A stretch of DNA of 64,000 nt, taken from Myxococcota bacterium. GTDB taxonomy: Bacteria > Myxococcota_A > UBA9042 > PHBI01 > JAWLBL01. The position numbers and the translations under genes were made by a program. This document shows positions 1 through 8,422 of the stretch, one piece after another (within the stretch, counting starts at the first letter, position 1; each line of letters starts with the position of its first letter). The stretch lies in contig JAWLBL010000011.1 of NCBI GenBank assembly GCA_041687695.1, positions 1-64,000 on the forward strand. The letters run 5' to 3'. Under the pieces are notes generated by a model. That model searched no databases. It was not told the origin of the DNA and saw only the letters and a list, made by a program, of their open reading frames with translations.

Positions 1-388
1 TCGTCGTCCCGGGACGGAAGCTGGGGTCGTCGTCCCGGGACGGAAGCAGGGGTCGTCGTCCCGGGACGGAAGCTGGGGTCGTCGTCCCGGGACGGAAGCT
101 GGGGTCGTCGTCCCGGGGCGGAAGCGCCAGCGTCGGCCGTCGTCCCGGGACGGAGAATTGAATGCTGTATCAGTTAGTCGTCCCGGGACGGAAGCGCCAG
201 CGTCGGCCGTCGTCCCGGGGCGGAAGCGCCAGCGTCGGCCGTCGTCCCGGGACGGAGAATTCAATGCTGCATCAGTTAATCGTCCCGTGGCGGAAGCTCG
301 GGTCGTCGTCCCGGGACGGAAGCCCGGTCCTGCGCGTTGTCCCGGGACGGAAGCCCGGTCCTGCGTGTCGTCCCGGGACGACTAACTG
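1..388. repeat. Array of 13 copies of the 12-bp palindrome CGTCCCGGGACG (some degenerate) with reused linkers; truncated at the window start
   Basis: Cores start at 5, 31, 57, 83, 109, 141, 179, 211, 243, 281, 307, 338 and 369, with periods of 26, 31, 32 or 38 bp. Linkers recur (GAAGCTGGGGTCGT, GAAGCGCCAGCGTCGGCCGT, GAGAATT.AATGCTG.ATCAGTTA). Confidence 0.95.
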
Positions 389-479
389 TTTGATCGTTTA
401 ATTGCTGACCAGGTGAGACGGCGCCCAGGCCGGCGCCCGCTGCCGCACCCTGGCACCTCCTGGTGGGACGGGACGCGTA

Positions 480-617
480 GCGGCCCGGACGGCCCCCGTC
501 CGGGCCGCATATTGGCCCCCAAGCCGCAGCGTAGGCCGGGGTCAAGGGCTTTCTCGTCCGCGAGGAATTGGCCGACCGCCAGGTCGGCCAAGGGGGAGAA
601 AACCCTTGATGCCGGCC
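480..617. other. Structured non-coding element: a 13-bp hairpin followed by a long stem enclosing two hairpins
   Basis: 480-492 pairs with 496-508. 534-555 pairs with 596-617 (22 positions, 2 mismatches, 1 G-U). Inner hairpins are TCC-GCGA-GGA and TTGGCCGACC-GCCA-GGTCGGCCAA (568-591). Confidence 0.6.
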
Positions 618-691
618 GTAGCGTAGGCTACCGCGCCGCGACCACACCTGCAGGCAACATTGTCGCCTGGTGCCTCTCCCCAACCCTTGGC

Positions 692-1873
692 TCAGTCCAT
701 ATCCAGCTTGCGGAACCGCTTCGACCGCTTGAGGGACTTGGGCTCCTCACGCACGGGGGCGGGCTCATCGGCCAGCGGTGCGGGGCGCGGGGCGGAAGCG
801 ACCGGGGCGCCGGCCGGGCTCCTCGCCGGCGCCGCCGCGGGGCTCGCCGGCGCGCGCGGGGCCGGGGCGGGCTCGTCGTCGTCGGCGGGGGTGAGGCGGC
901 TGCCGGAGCCGACGCTGCCGACGATGGGGGCGCCGAGGTCGTACCACTCGTGGCCGTGGCGGACCTGGACGACGGTGCCACGCACGCGCAGGGCGTCGAG
1001 CTCGGGGAAGTCGTGGCGCGCCTTGAGGCCGGCGACGAGGCCGGCCATGGTGTCGGCCGAGGTGCTGGGTTGGGCCCCCTCGATGACGTAGGTCCGCAGG
1101 ACGTACTCGAGCATCAGGCGCAGCTCGTGGGAGTCGTGCTTCTCGAGGGTCTCGACGAGGAAGCCGTGCTGCTGCCAGGGGTCCTCGATGCGCGCGGCCT
1201 CGATGGCGCGGCGCTCGGCGGGCTCGAGGGCGTGCAGATCGACGCGCACGTCGATGAGCTTGGCGCCGTTGAAGCTGGCCTGGGCCAGGTTGGCGTGGCG
1301 CAGGTCCACCTTGACCAGGACCGCGCCGTCGAAGTTGGCGCCGAAGAGGTTGGCGCCGAGCATGTCGCAGTCGATGAGGACGGCGTTCGAGAAGTCGGCG
1401 CGATCGAGGGTGACGTTGCCGCGGTCCTGGGCCTCGAAGCGCGTGTTGATGACCAGCGAGCGCGAAAAGCGCACGCCGAACAGCTCGCAGCCGTTGAAGA
1501 CGCCCGACTGGATGCGGCTGCCGGAGAAGTCGGCGTTGCCGAGGCGGCTCGAGTAGAAGCTGGTGCCGTTCATCAGCGAGCCGTCGAAGCGCGCCTCGAT
1601 GAGCTCGGAGCCGAAGAACGAACACCCGCGGAACAGGCCTTCGGAGAACTGGACCCCGCGGCCGCTGCTCTCGGTCACCTTGACGCGTGCGCAGTCGAGG
1701 CCGCGGGCGTCCGCGCCCTGCAGCCCCACGCGCTTGAAGGTCACGTCGTTGAGCTGCAGCTCGGTCAGCCCGGCCTTCGAGAAGTCGACCTCCTGGACGA
1801 GGTGGCCCATCAGGCGCCCCTCGCGGACCTGCTCGCGCAGCTCAGCCACCGATCGCAGCACGTTGTCCGTCAT
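692..1873 (-). CDS. Pentapeptide repeat protein with a Pro/Ala-rich linker and basic C-terminal tail
   Basis: About 200 aa of A(D/N)(L/F)xx repeats (e.g. ADFSNAVLIDCDMLGANLFGANFDGAVL); purine-rich RBS upstream of the ATG. Confidence 0.9.
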   Translation of the reverse strand: MTDNVLRSVAELREQVREGRLMGHLVQEVDFSKAGLTELQLNDVTFKRVGLQGADARGLDCARVKVTESSGRGVQFSEGLFRGCSFFGSELIEARFDGSLMNGTSFYSSRLGNADFSGSRIQSGVFNGCELFGVRFSRSLVINTRFEAQDRGNVTLDRADFSNAVLIDCDMLGANLFGANFDGAVLVKVDLRHANLAQASFNGAKLIDVRVDLHALEPAERRAIEAARIEDPWQQHGFLVETLEKHDSHELRLMLEYVLRTYVIEGAQPSTSADTMAGLVAGLKARHDFPELDALRVRGTVVQVRHGHEWYDLGAPIVGSVGSGSRLTPADDDEPAPAPRAPASPAAAPARSPAGAPVASAPRPAPLADEPAPVREEPKSLKRSKRFRKLDMD

Positions 1874-2086
1874 GCCCTCTCCCTCGCTCCTCGGCGCGTC
1901 CGCCCAACCCGGCGTCGACCCGGTCGGCGCGTCCGGCCGGCCCGTGCGTCAGGCTTACCGAGCGCGCCCCTCGTTGGCAAGCCCAGGTCGGACGCCGGCC
2001 GCGGTCCGGCCCCGGGACGCGCCATCCCCGCGAACCGCAAGCCGCTTCCCGGCCGAACAACGGCCCCACAACGGCCTCGGCGGCCG

Positions 2087-2116
2087 TGGACATCCGCCGC
2101 GCGTCCATCGTATGCT
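2087..2116 (+). promoter_or_regulatory. Sigma70-like promoter for the FHA-AAA operon
   Basis: TGGACA-N18-TATGCT, 35 nt upstream of the GTG at 2152. Confidence 0.4.
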
Positions 2117-2151
2117 CGCGCTCCCTCTTGGCGAAGGGTGGATGGTCGAAA

Positions 2152-4203
2152 GTGCTGCAGCTCGTCTTTCGGAACGACGCGGGTGAGAGGTTGGTGGTCC
2201 CCATGACGTCGGGGACCGTGATCACGATCGGGCGCAACCCTGGCTCGACCCTGCAGACCAAGAACCCGTCGGTCAGCCGCAACCACGCGCAGATCCTCGA
2301 GGAGGGCGGCGCCTGGGTGGTCAAGGACCTCGGCAGCTCCAACTCGACGTTCATCAACGGCGACAAGGTCATGTTCTCGGCCCTCAAGGCCGGGGACGTG
2401 GTCCGGTTCGGGGACTTCGCGGTCAAGGTCCAGGGCGGGGCCGACGCCCGGGCGCCGGAGCCCGAGCCGTCACGGGTCGACGCGCCGCCGATCGCCGCCG
2501 GCGGCGGGGGCGAGGATCGGGCCGAGGCGCGGCGCCGCGAGCGGGCCGAGCGCGAGGCCCGGCTCCGCGAGGAGCGCGAGCGCCGCCGGCGAGAGCGCGA
2601 TGGCGCCGCCGCGGACGCGCCGTCGGCGGCGACGATCACCCCCGACGCGGCGCCGCACGCGCGCGACGAGCGCCAGAACGCCCGCGAGATCACGCCCCAG
2701 GCGGCCCGCGACAGCGCGCCCAACCTGAACGCGCGCGAGATCTCGCCCCAGCAGGCCCCCTACGAGCGGCCGCGCGAGCCGGCGGTGGCCTCCTCGCGGT
2801 CCAGCGCGCCGGCCGCGGTCGCGGCCCCGGTCGCGGCGCCCCTGGCCTCGTCGTCGCCGCCGCTCGGGCGCCACGCCGATCCGGCCGAGCTGCGGGCCGC
2901 TCGCAACGAGGTGACCTCGCTGCAGGCGCAGCTCAAGGACACGCGCGCCCGCGTCGACGAGCTCGAGCGCCGCTGCCGCGAGCTCGAGGTGCGCGAGCAG
3001 CGCCACGACGAGGAGCTCGACGGCTGGCACGAGCGGTACAACCGCGTGCGCGAGCAGCTCGACCACAGCCAGGACCTGGTCCAGCGCGCGCGAGAGGATC
3101 TCGAGGAGCGCGACGACTCCATCGAGGAGCTGCAGCGGCAGGTCTCCGACCTCGAGAGCCAGCTGGCGGCCTTCGAGTCCAAGGGCCAGGAGAACTCGGG
3201 CCAGCTGAGCGAGCTCAAGGCCAAGGTCGTCCAGAAGGATCGGCGCATCGACGAGCTGCAGCGCGAGCTCGATCTGATGGAGTACGATCTGCGCGCGGCC
3301 CGCGAGGAGATCGAGTCGCTGCAGGACTCGTTCAACCACGACAACTCCGAGCAGCGGCGGCTCGAGCGCGAGATCCAGCTGCTGCGCGAGGTCATCTCGG
3401 AGAAGGAGAACCACGTCAGCGAGCTGAAGCTCGAGATCGAGGACCAGAGCCGCGAGATCTACGATCTCAAGATGGGCACCGGCATGAAGGACCTCGAGCA
3501 GGCGCGCCGCGACGTGCTCGAGAAGTACTTCGAGAAGAACCGCGAGGCCGACGAGCTGCGGGAGAAGGTGCGGGCGACCGAGCGCAAGGTCGAGGAGGTC
3601 GCCAAGCAGCTGGCCGACGCCGAGGCGCGGCTCACCGAGCAGCGCGACATCACCTCGCACCCGGACTTCAAGCGCAAGGTGCGCGAGATGGAGCGGCTGC
3701 AGTCGGACCTCGAGGAGGCGCGCGCCGAGGCCGAGCGCAGCAGCAAGCGCATGGACGAGTACGGGCCCGAGGCGAAGGCCAAGCTCGACGCCCAGCTCAA
3801 CTTCCTCGAGCGCAAGAACAAGGCGCTGCAGGACAAGCTCGACGACGCGCTCGAGCAGCTCGAGCAAGCCCGCAAGGCGGCGGCGGCGGCCCCCGCGCCC
3901 GCGCCCGAGGCGACGGTGGTCAAGGCCGCGCCGGAGCCGACCGGCGAGGTCAAGGGCGAGGCGGTGCTCAAGGCCCGCGCGACCGAGCACCTCGACGAGG
4001 TGATGGACACCTACTCGTCGTGGAAGACGAACATGAACCTGCTGCGGACCTACGTCGACGAGGCGACGGACGCGGCCAAGGGCGGCGGCGACGTCAAGGG
4101 CGCCGTCCAGAGCATCCGCGAGCTGCTGGTCGTCGTCCTGGCCGACGCGACCGAGCTGCGGGGCGAGCTCAAGAGCCTGCAGGAACTGCTCGACAAGGAC
4201 TAG
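2152..4203 (+). CDS. FHA domain protein with a long coiled coil
   Basis: FHA motifs IGR, SVSRNHA, DLGSSNSTFING and GDVVRFG, followed by about 350 aa of heptad-rich E/L/R/Q sequence. Start placed at GTG 2152, downstream of the promoter-like motif. Confidence 0.88.
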   Translation: MLQLVFRNDAGERLVVPMTSGTVITIGRNPGSTLQTKNPSVSRNHAQILEEGGAWVVKDLGSSNSTFINGDKVMFSALKAGDVVRFGDFAVKVQGGADARAPEPEPSRVDAPPIAAGGGGEDRAEARRRERAEREARLREERERRRRERDGAAADAPSAATITPDAAPHARDERQNAREITPQAARDSAPNLNAREISPQQAPYERPREPAVASSRSSAPAAVAAPVAAPLASSSPPLGRHADPAELRAARNEVTSLQAQLKDTRARVDELERRCRELEVREQRHDEELDGWHERYNRVREQLDHSQDLVQRAREDLEERDDSIEELQRQVSDLESQLAAFESKGQENSGQLSELKAKVVQKDRRIDELQRELDLMEYDLRAAREEIESLQDSFNHDNSEQRRLEREIQLLREVISEKENHVSELKLEIEDQSREIYDLKMGTGMKDLEQARRDVLEKYFEKNREADELREKVRATERKVEEVAKQLADAEARLTEQRDITSHPDFKRKVREMERLQSDLEEARAEAERSSKRMDEYGPEAKAKLDAQLNFLERKNKALQDKLDDALEQLEQARKAAAAAPAPAPEATVVKAAPEPTGEVKGEAVLKARATEHLDEVMDTYSSWKTNMNLLRTYVDEATDAAKGGGDVKGAVQSIRELLVVVLADATELRGELKSLQELLDKD

Positions 4204-4260
4204 TCACTTCTTCCTCCGCGCGCCCGCCGCACGCGCCCCGCGACCCAGGGAAAGGTCCCC

Positions 4261-5814
4261 ATGCCCGCATCGCTGATGAACAAGTCCCGTCAGGAGCTCG
4301 AGTACCTCATCCGCGCCCGATACGCGCTCATCTACGTGGTCTCCTCCGAGGAGGAGCGCGTCGAGAGCTCGATCAAGGCCATCGGGGCCGAGCGGCAGCG
4401 CAAGGTCATCGCCTGGTCCATCACCGAGGGCTTCACCTCGCTCGATGGCGGCTCGAGCTTCCAGGACATCAAGGACCCGCTGCGCGCCCTCGACTTCATC
4501 GCGAACTACGAGGACGACGTCATCTGCATCATGCGGGACTACCACCCGTACCTGAAGGACCCGTCGATCGTGCGGCGCCTGCGCGATCTGCACCGGGACT
4601 TCAAGGAGAGCGACTACAACCAGCACATCGTCCTGCTCAGCCCGCTGTACGCGGCGCCGGTCGAGATCGAAAAGGAGCTGGCGGTGGTCGACTACGATCT
4701 CCCGGGCCGCGACGAGCTCGAGGAGATCGTCTGGAAGGTCGCGCAGAGCGTGCCCGACTCGGTGGATCTGCCGCTGCGCAAGGATCCGAACCTGCGCGAC
4801 TCGGTCATCGAGGCGGCGCTGGGGCTGACGGCCGAGGAGGCCGAGAGCGTGTTCGCCAAGTCGCTCGTCAAGACGCGCGACTTCGACATCGACACCATCC
4901 TCGCCGAGAAGAAGGGCATCATCCGCAAGTCCGGCATCCTCGAGTTCTACCAGACCGACTCGCGCTTCTCGGACGTGGGCGGCATGGAGGTGCTCAAGAG
5001 CTGGCTGCACAAGCGCAAGGCGGCCTTCCGGCGCGACGCGCGCGACTTCGGCCTGCCGGCGCCCAAGGGCATCCTGCTCATCGGCATCCCGGGCTGCGGC
5101 AAGTCGCTGACCGCCAAGGCCATCGGCGCCATGTGGCACATGCCGCTGCTGCGCCTCGACGTCGGCAAGGTCATGGGCTCGCTGGTCGGCTCGTCCGAAG
5201 AGAACATGCGCAAGGCCATCAAGACGGCCGAGGCCGTGGCCCCCGCCATCCTGTGGCTGGACGAGCTCGAGAAGGGCTTCTCGGGCACCAAGAGCTCGGG
5301 CCAGACCGACGGCGGCACGACGGCGCGCGTCTTCGGCACCTTCATCACCTGGCTGCAGGAGAAGACGTCGCCGGTCTTCGTCATCGCGACGGCCAACGAC
5401 GTCTCGGCGCTCCCGCCCGAGCTGCTGCGAAAGGGCCGCTTCGACGAGATCTTCTTCGTCGACCTGCCCACGCCCATCGAGCGCCTCGAGATCTTCAAGA
5501 TCCACCTGAGCAAGAAGCGCCGCGACGCCGAGGCCTTCGACTTCGACGCGCTGGTGGGCGCCAGCCAGGGCTTCAACGGCGCCGAGATCGAGCAGGCCAT
5601 CATCAGCGCGCTGTACGACGCCTACGAGGACGGCAAGGCGGATCTGACGACCGAGCGGGTCTTGAAGAGCATCGAAGAGATCATCCCGCTCAGCTACACG
5701 ATGAAGGAGCGCATCGACGGGATGCGCGAGTGGTCCAAGTCGCGCGCCCGCCGGGCGAGCCTGGACGACGCCACGCTCAAGGAGCAGGGCGTCGGACGCA
5801 AGCTGGAGATCTGA
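4261..5814 (+). CDS. Ycf46-like AAA+ ATPase
   Basis: N-terminal [19 protein letters not shown] typical of Ycf46; Walker A GIPGCGKS; Walker [29 protein letters not shown]. Confidence 0.92.
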   Translation: MPASLMNKSRQELEYLIRARYALIYVVSSEEERVESSIKAIGAERQRKVIAWSITEGFTSLDGGSSFQDIKDPLRALDFIANYEDDVICIMRDYHPYLKDPSIVRRLRDLHRDFKESDYNQHIVLLSPLYAAPVEIEKELAVVDYDLPGRDELEEIVWKVAQSVPDSVDLPLRKDPNLRDSVIEAALGLTAEEAESVFAKSLVKTRDFDIDTILAEKKGIIRKSGILEFYQTDSRFSDVGGMEVLKSWLHKRKAAFRRDARDFGLPAPKGILLIGIPGCGKSLTAKAIGAMWHMPLLRLDVGKVMGSLVGSSEENMRKAIKTAEAVAPAILWLDELEKGFSGTKSSGQTDGGTTARVFGTFITWLQEKTSPVFVIATANDVSALPPELLRKGRFDEIFFVDLPTPIERLEIFKIHLSKKRRDAEAFDFDALVGASQGFNGAEIEQAIISALYDAYEDGKADLTTERVLKSIEEIIPLSYTMKERIDGMREWSKSRARRASLDDATLKEQGVGRKLEI

Positions 5815-5888
5815 CCGGGGCGCCCGCACACTGTGTGGGCCGAAGACCGCAGCGAGGACGTCCTCGCGCATGACGTAGGGAGCGGACC

Positions 5889-6293
5889 GTGTCGCATTTC
5901 ACGTCGGTGAAGACCAAGATCCGGGATCTGGTGTGCCTGACGCGCGCGCTGAAGGACCTCGGCTACAACTTCACGCAGGCCGAGGAACATCAGGCCGTGA
6001 CGGTCAAGGGCTACCAGGGCCAGACGACCGACGCGGTCGTCTCGGTGCACGCCTCGAAGACCTACGACGTCGGCGTGAAGCTGACGGCCGATGGCACGTA
6101 CGAGTTCGTGGCCGACTGGTGGGGCGTCGAGACGACGCGCGGCGTGACCGAGGAGGAGTTCATCAAGAAGCTCACCCAGCGGTACAGCTACCACAAGGTC
6201 ATGGAAGAGATTAAGAAGCGCGGCTTCACCATCGAGAGCGAGGAAGCCAAGCAGGACGAGACCATCCAGGTCCGCGTCCGGACCTGGTCGTAG
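5889..6293 (+). CDS. DUF1257 (Ycf35-like) protein
   Basis: MSHFTSVKTKIRD, YEFVADWWG and LTQRYSY motifs; canonical position after a Ycf46 AAA gene. Confidence 0.88.
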   Translation: MSHFTSVKTKIRDLVCLTRALKDLGYNFTQAEEHQAVTVKGYQGQTTDAVVSVHASKTYDVGVKLTADGTYEFVADWWGVETTRGVTEEEFIKKLTQRYSYHKVMEEIKKRGFTIESEEAKQDETIQVRVRTWS

Positions 6294-6320
6294 GCCCCGG
6301 ACCCGAGCAGGAGCGCCCCG

Positions 6321-6524
6321 ATGGCAACCAAGCGCGACATCGTCATCACCATCGGCCCCGATGGTGAGGTGCAGATCAAGGTCGAGGGGGTCGCCGGCAA
6401 GGACTGCCTCGACTTCACCCGCTTCCTCGAGGACGAGCTGGGCGAGGTGACTCACCGCGAGTTCACCAGCGAGTACTACCAGGAGGAGGCGGCCGAGACG
6501 ACGGTGAAGGTTGGCGGCGAGTGA
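6321..6524 (+). CDS. DUF2997 protein
   Basis: ITIGPDGEVQIKVEGVAGKDC, LEDELG and TSEYY signature; follows DUF1257. Confidence 0.88.
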   Translation: MATKRDIVITIGPDGEVQIKVEGVAGKDCLDFTRFLEDELGEVTHREFTSEYYQEEAAETTVKVGGE

Positions 6525-7188
6525 CGAGCCGGTCGGCGTGACCGAGGCGGAGGCGGCGCTCGACCCGTTCACCGGGCGGCTCGCCTTCGTCGACCGCATC
6601 TTCAGGTCGCAGCGCGCGCGCGTGCGGACGTGGTTCGACCGCAGCCGCATCCAGCCCATCGAGCCGCTCGACAGCGGCGCCGACCGCATCGTGAACTACG
6701 AGGCGCTCGAGGCGATGATGGACTGGCAGGGCCTCGTCCGGCGCCCGCGGCCGATGCCCAAGGACGCCTACCCGAGCGAGATCGAGGAGGCGATGCAGCA
6801 CCGGGAGCCGCAGTTCATCTTGCGCAACCTGGGGCGGGTCGAAAAAGAGGTCGACCCGGACGAGCCGCTGCCGCTCGACCGGCGGCCGCTGCCCATCGGG
6901 GCGGCGCTGGACGGGCTGGACTCGGCCAAGGACGTGCGGCACGAGCCGCCGCAGCTGCTGGACGAGATGACCGTCGACGTGTTCAGCGAGCAGCACGGCG
7001 TGATGCGGCGCCTGTACCGCGAGCCGTGGAACCGGCGGTTCTCCAAGGAGCTCCGCGCCGACCACACCGGCCCGATGTGGAGCTACGATCCCGACGCGGC
7101 CGAGGCCAAGCGCGCGGCGGCGGCCGCGGAAGGGGCGGTCGAGGACGCGACCGCCGAGGACGCTCCCGAGCTGACGTCGGCCGAGTAG
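6511..7188 (+). CDS. Hypothetical protein
   Basis: Overlaps the DUF2997 stop and has GC3-biased codons. No recognisable motif; start uncertain (6511 or 6538). Confidence 0.7.
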   Translation: MAASDEPVGVTEAEAALDPFTGRLAFVDRIFRSQRARVRTWFDRSRIQPIEPLDSGADRIVNYEALEAMMDWQGLVRRPRPMPKDAYPSEIEEAMQHREPQFILRNLGRVEKEVDPDEPLPLDRRPLPIGAALDGLDSAKDVRHEPPQLLDEMTVDVFSEQHGVMRRLYREPWNRRFSKELRADHTGPMWSYDPDAAEAKRAAAAAEGAVEDATAEDAPELTSAE

Positions 7189-7255
7189 GCCCTGGCGCAC
7201 GCGTGGCGAGCATCTTTGGTTGCCGCGGGCCGGGGGCTCGCATAGGCTCCGCGCC

Positions 7256-8410
7256 ATGAGCGACCCGGCGGTCCAGACCCGCGAGCAGCTCGTCGCCCTG
7301 AGGCGCGCCCTCCACCGCATCCCCGAGCTGGGCTTCGAAGAGCACGCGACCAGCCGCCTGCTGCGCGACGAGGTCGGACGGTACGTGCCGGTGCGGCCGG
7401 TGGGTGGCACGGGCTTCGTCGCCGACCTCGGGCCGGCCGACGCGCCGCGGACGCTGCTGCTGCGCGCGGACATGGACGGGCTGCCGGTGGCCGAGGAGAC
7501 CGGGCTCGACTTCGCGTCGACGCACCCGGGGCGCATGCACGCCTGCGGCCACGACTGCCACATGGCGGCGCTGGTCGTGGCGGGGCGGCTCATCGCGCAG
7601 GCGCCGCCGGCGGGGCTGCGGGTGCGGCTGCTGTTCCAGCCGGCCGAGGAGGGCATCGGCGGGGCCCTGCGGTGCATCGAGGACGGCGCCCTCGAGGGCG
7701 TCGACGCGGCCTTCGGCGTGCACGTCTGGACCGAGCTGCCGACCGGGACGGTGGCGCTGACGGCCGGCGGCATCATGGCCGGCGTCGTCGAGCTGACGCT
7801 GCGGGTGCGCGGACGGGGCGGCCACGGGGCGATGCCGCACGAGACGGCGGATCCGGTGGTCGCGGCGGCGCAGCTGGTCCTGGCGCTGCAGACGGTCGCC
7901 AGCCGGCGGGTCGGGCCGCTGGTGCCGGTCGTGCTGACCCTGGGGGCGATCCAGGGGGGCGCGGCCTTCAACGTCATCCCGGACGAGGTGGTCATCCGCG
8001 GCACGGTGCGGACCTTCGCGCCCGAGGCGGCCGCGGACGTCGAGCGGCACGTGCGCGCCATCGCGGCGGGCGTCGCGGCGGCGACCGACACGCGCATCGA
8101 CGTCGACTGGCTGGCCCACTGCATCCCGACCATGAACGACCCGGGGATGGCGGCGCTGGTGGCCGAAGCCGCCGCCGGCGTGTCCGGGCTCGACCGCGTG
8201 CTGACCGACTACCGGACCATGGCCGGCGAGGACTTCGGCTACATCCTGCGCGAGGTGCCGGGCTGCTACGCGCTCGTGGGCTGCGGCAACCCGGCCGTGG
8301 GCGCCACCGAGCCGCACCACAGCCCGCGCTTCGTCGTCGACGAGGCGGCGCTGTCCATCGCGTGCGGGCTACACCGCGCCGTCGCCGCACGCTTCGCGGC
8401 CGGCGAGTAG
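7256..8410 (+). CDS. M20D family amidohydrolase
   Basis: HRIPELGFEE, RADMDGLP, MHACGHD, FQPAEEG, GGHGAMPH, EDF and HHSPRF motifs. Confidence 0.93.
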   Translation: MSDPAVQTREQLVALRRALHRIPELGFEEHATSRLLRDEVGRYVPVRPVGGTGFVADLGPADAPRTLLLRADMDGLPVAEETGLDFASTHPGRMHACGHDCHMAALVVAGRLIAQAPPAGLRVRLLFQPAEEGIGGALRCIEDGALEGVDAAFGVHVWTELPTGTVALTAGGIMAGVVELTLRVRGRGGHGAMPHETADPVVAAAQLVLALQTVASRRVGPLVPVVLTLGAIQGGAAFNVIPDEVVIRGTVRTFAPEAAADVERHVRAIAAGVAAATDTRIDVDWLAHCIPTMNDPGMAALVAEAAAGVSGLDRVLTDYRTMAGEDFGYILREVPGCYALVGCGNPAVGATEPHHSPRFVVDEAALSIACGLHRAVAARFAAGE

Positions 8411-8422
8411 GGGAAGGACGAC

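Noticed and set aside
1..388. CRISPR array
   Set aside because: The periods (26-38 bp) are too short, the linkers are reused rather than unique, and no cas genes are visible.
158..683. Short ORFs over the repeat array and hairpins
   Set aside because: They are translations of repeats (SSRDG/VVPGR) with no RBS or coding bias.
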